From contig JBGPFC010000001.1 of the NCBI GenBank assembly GCA_041483195.1, positions 1 to 64,000 of the forward strand: a DNA stretch of 64,000 bases, read 5' to 3'. Below the pieces are notes generated by a model, which saw only the letters and a program-made list of their open reading frames with translations, was not told the origin of the DNA and did not search any database. Made by a program: the position numbers and the translations under genes. This DNA comes from Candidatus Eiseniibacteriota bacterium (GTDB lineage Bacteria > Eisenbacteria > RBG-16-71-46). Of this stretch, positions 57,033-64,000 are shown one piece after another. Numbering within the stretch: position 1 is the stretch's first letter; each line of letters opens with the position of its first letter.

Positions 57033-60000
57033 GTGCTCTCGCCTCACGGCTTGACCCGACCGGCTCTCGCGGTCGCACTCAACGCACTGCTGGTCGCAGC
57101 GGTCTGCGCGATCGGTCCCACCGATTCGCTGGCCGCGCCGAAGTCCGCCGCGGCCGTTCGCTCGTCCGTGCCCGCGGGCACGGTGCTGATCGGAACCCCG
57201 CTCGCCCCGACCACGACGGCGGTGGTGAACTTCGCAGAGCTGGCGCGCCGGGAGGCGCTCGGCGTGAAGCCGATAGTCCCGGAACGGGTTCTCATCCGGG
57301 ATGAAGACGAAAACGAGATGGATCGGGAACCGGGCGCGGACGTGGTCGGCCAGATCCCGCCCCAGGGTTTCCTCAGGTCGCAACCGTTCGCTCCGTTCGT
57401 GGCGTCCCCGTCCCCCACCACGAACTTCATGGGACTGGACGACGTCCCGATGGTGGATTCGAGCTACATCGTCATTCCCCCCGACGTGGGCGGCGCGGTC
57501 GGTCTCACCAAGATCCTGACCGGGCTCAACAACAACTACCGCATCCTCGACAAGGCGACGGGCGCGGTGCTCAGCACCGTGGGCACCGCGACCTTCTGGG
57601 CGGCCGCGACCGGCGGCGCTCATCTCAACGAGCTGACCGATCCACGCACCCTCTACGACCCGTACAACAATCGCTGGATCGTGGAGATGCAGACCGTGAC
57701 GACCGGAGCCGGCCTGCTCCTGGTCGGGGTCTCGCAGACCAGCGATCCGAGCGGAACCTGGTTCCTCTACTCGTTCGCCACCGGCGCGACGCTCGACTTC
57801 CCGGTCGTAGGCTTCAACAAGAACTGGATCTCGGTCTCGATCAATCGGTACAGCAACACCGGCACGTTCCAGCGCGGGATCAACCTGATCGTCAACTACC
57901 CGCTCGCTCGAACCGGCGCCGGGAGCGCGACGCTCGTCACGCTTCCGGCCGGCGGCAATTTCTGCAGCGCGCCATGCGCCACCTATTCCTCGACATCGGA
58001 TACCCTCTACGTGGTCACGCATCTGGGCAGCGCCGCCGCGACGTATGTGATCGAGACCATCACCGGCACGTCTGCCGCGCCGGTCTACACCACCGGCCCC
58101 GCCCTCACCCGGCCGGGCGGAGGCTGGGTGCAGCCGAGCGGCCAGATCCTCCCGCAATCGGCGCCCATCTCCGGGGCGAGCGCCTGCGCCGGGACGCCGT
58201 GCCCGGTCGAATCGCAGGACGCGCAAATCCGATCGGCGCCGGTCTACCGTAAGGGCTCGATCTTCTACACGCAGACGGTGGGCCTTCCCTCGGGCGGCCT
58301 CACCCACACCGGCGTCCAGTGGACCAGGATCGTCGCGCCGGGCGGCGCGTTCGTGGACGGCGGCCGCATCGAGGACCCGACCGCGACCGCGACCAACGGC
58401 GGAAAGTGGTACGCGTATCCGCACATCGGCGTGAACGCGCTCGGTGACTTCATGGTGGGCTACAGCCAGTTCTCGTCGGCCCAGCACCCGTCGGCGGGAT
58501 ACTCCGTGCACCTCGCGGGCGACGCGGCGGCCTCGATTCGCGACCCGGTGATCTACCACGCGGGCGCGGACTACTATCACAAGACCTTCACGACCGCGAC
58601 CGGCCGCAATCGCTGGGGCGACTTCAGCCAGGCCCAGGTGGATCCCAGCGACGACCAGACCCTGTGGGTGGTCCAGGAGTACGCGAAGGTGCGCGCGACC
58701 ACCGACGACGGGAACACGGGTTCCAACGCGAGCAAGTGGAGCACCTGGTGGGCGGGCCTCGCGCCGCCGTCGGTCACGATCGACGCCGGGCCCAGCCAGA
58801 GCGAGGGCAACAGCGGAACCACCGCCTTCAACTTCACCGCGCGACTCTCCTATGCCTATGGGCTCCCGGTCACGGTGAACTACCAGACGTCGGACGGCAC
58901 CGCGACCGTTGCCGACAACGACTACCAGGCCGCGACCTCGTCCGTCGTCATCGCGGCCGGCAGCACCACCACTCCCCTCACGGTGAACGTGGTGGGCGAC
59001 GCCAAGTGCGAGGCCAACGAGACGTTCGGCGTCACGCTCACCTCCACGGTGACCGGCGGCGTCACCAACGCCATCCCGCTCGGGGCCCAGAACGCATCGA
59101 CCGGCACGATCCAGAACGACGAGACCAACAAGACCATCACCGCGACCGCGGGGGCGGGAGGCACGATCGCCCCGAGCGGGCCCGTGAGCGTCGCGTGCTT
59201 CGGCAGCCAGGCGTTCCACATCGAGCCCTCCGACAAGTGCCACGTGATCCTCGACGTCAAGGTGGATGGAATTTCGGTCGGGGCACTCAGCGACACCACG
59301 CTCAGCAACGTGATCCTCGACCACACGATCGCGGCAACGTTCGCAGCGCTCGGGGCCGACAGCATCACCGCCAGCGCAGGGCCGGGCGGCACCATCACGC
59401 CGAACGGTCTGACGTTGGTGGCATGCGGCGGCAGCCAGTCGTACACGATCGCGCCGTCCGACAGCTGCCACGTGATCCTGGACGTCAAGCTGGACGGCGT
59501 CTCGGCGGGGGCGATCGCGTCCCACACGTTCAACGATGTGCAGGCCAACCACACCATCGCGGCGACCTTCAACGCCATCGTCCTGGTGCTGAGCGAGACC
59601 CACGTCAACGCGAGCTGCTCCGACAGCGCGAACGGCTCGATCGATCTATCGGTGGCGGGCGGCGACTCGCCATACACCTACGCGTGGAGCACCGGGCCCA
59701 CCACCCAGGACATCTCGGGGCTCGCGCCCGGCGCGTACTCGGTGACGGTCACCGGCGCTTCGGGCTGCACAGCATTCCTCGGCGTCGTGATCGGAGCGCC
59801 TCAGTACAACATCGTCTCCAGCGCGGGAGCGAACGGCTCGATCGCGCCGCTGGGCACCGTGGTGGTGGATTGCGGAGACGACACGATGTTCGTCATCAGC
59901 CCGGATACCGGGTTCACGTTCGACCAGCTGCTCGTCGACAGCGCGCCGGCGACGCCCGCGGCCAGCTTCCCCTTCACGCACGTGACCGGGAGCCACACGA

Positions 60001-60326
60001 TCCACGCGACGTTCAAGGCCGAGGTGACAGCGGTCGAGGAGGCGATCCCGACGGACTTCGGCCTGGGCCGCGTCTCGCCGAACCCCGCCACCGGAACCAT
60101 GTGGCTGAAGTTCGCGGTCCCGCGCGAGAGCGCGGTGCGGGTGAGCGTCGTCGATCTGCAGGGACGCGAGGTGGCGATGCTGGCCTCGGGCAGTTACCCC
60201 GCGGGCTGGCACGAGCTGCTGTGGAATGGCAGGACGGGACGCGGCCCCGCCCCCACCGGGATGTACATCGTGCGGTTCCAGGCGGCGGGGAGGAATCTCC
60301 TCCGCCGGTTCGTGCTGACGAGGTAG
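57033..60326 (+). CDS. Secreted multidomain protein: propeller-like N-terminus, Calx-beta, three ITASAG..GTI.P.G repeats, SprB-like repeat, FlgD-Ig/T9SS-like tail
   Basis: GGAGG RBS before GTG; PPD..GAVG, RWGDFS, EGNSG...DGTA...DY, GSIDLSV.GG..PYTYAWS. Confidence 0.85.
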   Translation: MLSPHGLTRPALAVALNALLVAAVCAIGPTDSLAAPKSAAAVRSSVPAGTVLIGTPLAPTTTAVVNFAELARREALGVKPIVPERVLIRDEDENEMDREPGADVVGQIPPQGFLRSQPFAPFVASPSPTTNFMGLDDVPMVDSSYIVIPPDVGGAVGLTKILTGLNNNYRILDKATGAVLSTVGTATFWAAATGGAHLNELTDPRTLYDPYNNRWIVEMQTVTTGAGLLLVGVSQTSDPSGTWFLYSFATGATLDFPVVGFNKNWISVSINRYSNTGTFQRGINLIVNYPLARTGAGSATLVTLPAGGNFCSAPCATYSSTSDTLYVVTHLGSAAATYVIETITGTSAAPVYTTGPALTRPGGGWVQPSGQILPQSAPISGASACAGTPCPVESQDAQIRSAPVYRKGSIFYTQTVGLPSGGLTHTGVQWTRIVAPGGAFVDGGRIEDPTATATNGGKWYAYPHIGVNALGDFMVGYSQFSSAQHPSAGYSVHLAGDAAASIRDPVIYHAGADYYHKTFTTATGRNRWGDFSQAQVDPSDDQTLWVVQEYAKVRATTDDGNTGSNASKWSTWWAGLAPPSVTIDAGPSQSEGNSGTTAFNFTARLSYAYGLPVTVNYQTSDGTATVADNDYQAATSSVVIAAGSTTTPLTVNVVGDAKCEANETFGVTLTSTVTGGVTNAIPLGAQNASTGTIQNDETNKTITATAGAGGTIAPSGPVSVACFGSQAFHIEPSDKCHVILDVKVDGISVGALSDTTLSNVILDHTIAATFAALGADSITASAGPGGTITPNGLTLVACGGSQSYTIAPSDSCHVILDVKLDGVSAGAIASHTFNDVQANHTIAATFNAIVLVLSETHVNASCSDSANGSIDLSVAGGDSPYTYAWSTGPTTQDISGLAPGAYSVTVTGASGCTAFLGVVIGAPQYNIVSSAGANGSIAPLGTVVVDCGDDTMFVISPDTGFTFDQLLVDSAPATPAASFPFTHVTGSHTIHATFKAEVTAVEEAIPTDFGLGRVSPNPATGTMWLKFAVPRESAVRVSVVDLQGREVAMLASGSYPAGWHELLWNGRTGRGPAPTGMYIVRFQAAGRNLLRRFVLTR

Positions 60327-60334
60327 CGACAACC

Positions 60335-60392
60335 GGGGGCGGCGGCCTCCCGGGCGAACGCGCCCGATCCGAGGCGCCGCCCCCGAGCCCCG
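60335..60392 (+). terminator. GC-rich hairpin after stop codon, possible terminator
   Basis: ggggcggcggcctc...gaggcgccgcccc stem with inner cgggcg/cgcccg; no clear U-tract. Confidence 0.35.
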
Positions 60393-60424
60393 ATAAATCC
60401 ACGTTGCCCTGCCGCGGCCCGTGG

Positions 60425-60459
60425 TGCTAGTGTATCAGCACAGTGCTGATGCATCAGCA
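60425..60459. promoter_or_regulatory. Tandem TGCT-N8-AGCA boxes, putative BlaI-type operators
   Basis: TGCTAGTGTATCAGCA and perfect palindrome TGCTGATGCATCAGCA just upstream of the BlaI gene. Confidence 0.7.
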
Positions 60460-60484
60460 TCACGACCCCGGCAAAGGAGCGACG

Positions 60485-60877
60485 ATGGCAAGTCTCTACG
60501 CGGAACTCGGCCGGCGTGAGCGGCAGATCATGGACGTGCTCTTCCGCCACGGCCGCGCGTCGGCGTCCGAAGTCCTGAAGGAGTTGCCCGACCCCCCCAG
60601 CTACTCATCCGTGCGCAGCATGCTTCGGCTGCTCGAGTCGAAGGGGCACGCCCGGCACGAGTGGGACGGGCCGCGGCACGTGTACCTGCCCACCGGACGG
60701 CGCGAGAACGTCCAGCGGTCGGCGGCGCGGCACGTCCTGCGCACGTTCTTCAACAACTCGATGGAGACCGCGGTCGCCGCCATGCTCGGCGCCTCGGAGA
60801 AGCCGATCTCCTCAGACGAGTTCAAGCGCCTCGCGCGTCTGGTGGAGCGCGCGCGCCGCAGCGGAGGTCGGTCATGA
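60485..60877 (+). CDS. BlaI/MecI/CopY family repressor
   Basis: AAGGAG RBS; RRERQIMD, PSYSSVRSMLRLLESKG, RTFFNNS. Confidence 0.9.
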   Translation: MASLYAELGRRERQIMDVLFRHGRASASEVLKELPDPPSYSSVRSMLRLLESKGHARHEWDGPRHVYLPTGRRENVQRSAARHVLRTFFNNSMETAVAAMLGASEKPISSDEFKRLARLVERARRSGGRS

Positions 60878-63143
60878 GCGGATCGTTCGCCTCACTCTTC
60901 GCGGCGCCCGCCCTGCTCTGGGGGCTCGGCCTCGTCCTCAAGGTGACGGTGATCCTCGCCGCCGGTGCGATCGTCGCCGGCCTCCTGCGCGGCGCGTCAG
61001 CTGCGGTGCGGCACTTCGTGTGGTTGCTCACGCTCGGCGGCGCTCTGGCGCTGGTCGTCGCGTCGCCGCTCGTGCCCGCGGTCGCGATCCCGGTGGGGAT
61101 GCTGCCCGCGATCGCATCGCCGGAGCGTCTCCCCGCGCGCGCGGCCGCGCCGGTCGGCGCCGTCGCCGCGAGCCCCGATCTCGCGGGCCCAACCGCGGGC
61201 TCGGATCGCATCGTGCGCGCCGCGCGCGCGGCCACTCTTTCGTTCGCGTCCGCCGCGTGGCGTCGCGCCGGCGATTGGCTCATCGGATCGTGGCTGCTCG
61301 GCGCGCTCGCGGTGGCGGCGTGGTGCGCGCTCGGCCATGCGGGCCTGGCGCGCCTCGCACGCCGCGCAACGCCGCTCGATGGCGTTGAGTGGCGGTCGCT
61401 CCTCGAGAGCGTCGCCGCGCGCAGCGGCGTGTCCGCGCCCGTGCGCCTCCTGCGCGCCAGGGCCGCGCGATCTCCGCTGACGTGGGGCGCTCGCCGGCCG
61501 ATCGTGCTGCTTCCGGATGACGCGGACACGTGGCCCACCGAGCGGCGCCGGGTCGTGCTCGCGCACGAGCTGGCGCACGCGGCGCGTGGCGATTACCTGG
61601 TGCAGCTCGTCGCCTGCGCGGCCTGCGCGCTCTACTGGTTTCACCCGCTGGTCTGGATCGCCGCCCGCCGGCTTCACCTCGAGAGCGAGCGCGCCTGCGA
61701 CGATCACGTCCTGGTTCGCGGCGCGTCGGGGCCTGAATACGCCACCCACCTGCTCGACGTCGCGCGCCGATACCGGGCGCTCGGGGCGGGCGGAATGCTC
61801 GCGATCGGGATGGCGCAGTCGTCGCAGCTCGAAGGGCGGTTGCTCGCGGTGCTCGACGAGTCGCGTTCGCGCGAGGTGCCGAGGCGCCGCGCGTTCGGGT
61901 GGGTAGCGCTCGGGCTCATCGTGCTGCCGCTCGCCACACTCCGATTCTCCGCGCGCCCCGCGGCCGCCGCGCCGCGGCCGGAACATTACGCGACGGACGC
62001 GAGATCGGGCAGCGCCAACCTGGAGAGCGCGGTCGGTGCCTCGCCCGGTGAACGACTGGTGATCGATCTGGAGACCGGCGGGTACGTGGATGTTCACGGC
62101 TGGGATCAGCCGATGGTGCGGGTTCGCTCTCAGCTGAGGGGGCGGGATTGGCGTTCCAGCCGCGTGTCGCTCGAGCGCACCGATCGCGGCGCACGGTTAC
62201 ACGCGTGGCAGGCGGACGACCTCCACTCCTCCTCCACCTCGCACCATTTCGAAATCCTGGTGCCGAAACGCTTCGATGTCCGGATCAGCTCCGCCGGGGG
62301 AACCCTGCTGCTGACCGATCTCGATGGAGAGTTCACGGGCAACACCGGCGGTGGCGGGTTCGTGATCAACCACGTGCGCGGAAAGGCGTCGCTCAGCACC
62401 GGCGGCGGAGACATCGACGTGGACGACGTCGATCTGAGCGGCTCCCTCGACACCGGGGGCGGACACGTCAGGCTGTCGAGGACGCGCGGCGATTTGAAGA
62501 GCTGGTCGGGGAGCGGGCCCACCATCGAGGAGGACCGGGGCGAGAAAGAGTCCGGGGATCTGCGTCACGTCACGATCGACGACGCGGGCATCCACGTCGG
62601 GAAGGGCGCCGATGGCTCGGACGCCCGGGGCAAGCTCCACATCAACCAGGGGGGCGGCGACGTCGTACTCGACCGCGCCCCCGACGGAGCCCAGATCCTG
62701 ACCGGCGGCGGGACGATCCGCGTCGGCGAGGCCGGGAACGACGTGAGCGCGACCACCGGCGGTGGTGACATCGAGATCGGACCGGTCTCGGGCTCGGTGC
62801 GCGCGAGCACCGGAGCGGGCGACGTCACCGTGACGATCGTCGGCGCGGATGGGGTCGAGCGCTCCGTCGACATCGGCTCGGGAACGGGATCCGTGGTGCT
62901 CGAGCTGCCCCCGGTCTGTCGGCGCGCTTCGATCTCGAAACGGCCTACACGAACAACTTCGAGCGTCGCACGCGGATCACGAGCGACTGGAATCTGGAAC
63001 AATCCGAGACCCGGCAGTGGGACGGCTCCCACGGCACGCCGCGCAAGTACGTGCGCGCGCGCGGATCGGTCGGCGGGGGCGGCGGGTACATCCGCGTGCG
63101 GATCGTGAACGGCGATATCACGGTGAGGCGCGGACGGACCTGA
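60874..63143 (+). CDS. BlaR1/M56 metallopeptidase with DUF4097-like adhesin repeats; 1-bp frameshift in C-run near 62908-62912
   Basis: HELAH, YWFHPLVW, ERACDD; TGGGDI repeats; the other frame continues LSARFDLETAYT...VNGDITV to TGA at 63143. Confidence 0.85.
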
Positions 63144-63177
63144 GCGGACCGGGGCATTCGCCGAGTCGCGCGCTCCC

Positions 63178-64000
63178 CTACGCCGTCTTCGCGCTCGCCC
63201 GCTCCACCGCGCGCTTCAGGATGTCGAGCGCCTCGTCCAGCTCGGCGGTCGTCACGTCGAGCGGCGGGCGGAAGCGCAGGCTGCGCGTGCCGCACCCGAG
63301 AATGATCATGCCCAGCTCGTAGGCGCGCTCGGCGGCCGCGTCGCGCACCGCACCGTCGGGTAGATCGATCGCGCACATCAGGCCGCGGCCGCGCGCGTTG
63401 CTCAGGATTTCGGGGCGCTCGGCCGCGAGTGCCTCGAGCCCGCGCTTCAAGTGCGCGCCGGTGGACTGCGCGCGCTCGATCAGCCGCTCGGATTCCATGA
63501 TCTCGAGGTAGCGCTGGCAGCGCACCATGTCCACCAGGTTGCCGCCCCATGTGGAGTTGATGCGGCTCGACACGCGGAACACGTTGTCGGGCTCGACGTC
63601 GAGCATCGGGCCGCCGAGCATGCCGCACACCTGCGTCTTCTTGCCGAACGCGAGCAGGTCGGGGCGGACGTCGTCGTGCTGGTGGTTCCACATGCGGCCG
63701 GTCAGGCCCATGCCGGTCTGCACCTCGTCGAACACCAGCAGCGCGTGGTTCTCGTGCGCGACGTCGCGCAGCGCGCGCAGGAACTCGGGGCGGAAGTGGC
63801 GATCGCCACCCTCGGCCTGGATCGGCTCGATCAGGATGCAGGCGATGTCGTCCTTGCGCTGCGCGAACGCGTTCTTGATGGCGGCGAGCGATTCGTTCTC
63901 GGCGCGCCGCACGCGCTCGATCTCGGCGGCATCGAGCGGGAAGCGCAGATGCGGCGCATCGACCCGCGGCCAGTCGAAGCGCGGGTAGTACTGGTACTTC
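63178..64000 (-). CDS. lat: L-lysine 6-aminotransferase, 5' part beyond window
   Basis: EPIQAEGGDRHFR, FDEVQTG, AFGKKTQVCG, SRINSTWGGNLVDM. Confidence 0.88.
   Translation of the reverse strand, partial: KYQYYPRFDWPRVDAPHLRFPLDAAEIERVRRAENESLAAIKNAFAQRKDDIACILIEPIQAEGGDRHFRPEFLRALRDVAHENHALLVFDEVQTGMGLTGRMWNHQHDDVRPDLLAFGKKTQVCGMLGGPMLDVEPDNVFRVSSRINSTWGGNLVDMVRCQRYLEIMESERLIERAQSTGAHLKRGLEALAAERPEILSNARGRGLMCAIDLPDGAVRDAAAERAYELGMIILGCGTRSLRFRPPLDVTTAELDEALDILKRAVERASAKTA

Overview
Very GC-rich bacterial window. The many secreted proteins ending in a FlgD-Ig/T9SS-like C-terminal domain suggest an FCB-related lineage such as Ca. Eisenbacteria (inference). 1-9.7 kb is an operon of large secreted proteins with cohesin-like and dockerin-like modules. 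10-32 kb is an accessory patchwork of toxin-antitoxin-like pairs, DNA topoisomerase IB, an MFS pump, IPTL-CTERM-like proteins, an HNH nuclease, an IS3 remnant and two internally deleted mini-genes. 34.4-50.1 kb appears to be two islands stacked at the 3' end of an HI0933-family flavoprotein gene: three copies of its terminal FNFQW...GRAAG segment occur at 34432, 47584 and 50135. The larger island carries an operon with a predicted selenocysteine ArsM-like methyltransferase (in-frame UGA plus SECIS-like hairpin), ArsR-rhodanese, DsrE, SQR-like oxidoreductase, rhodanese and a CusCBA-type pump. 50-64 kb holds EamA, a NUDIX-MBL fusion, two more secreted proteins, BlaI/BlaR1 and a partial lysine 6-aminotransferase. 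No rRNA, tRNA, CRISPR array or integrase was recognised. All family calls come from motifs read by eye, not from database searches.
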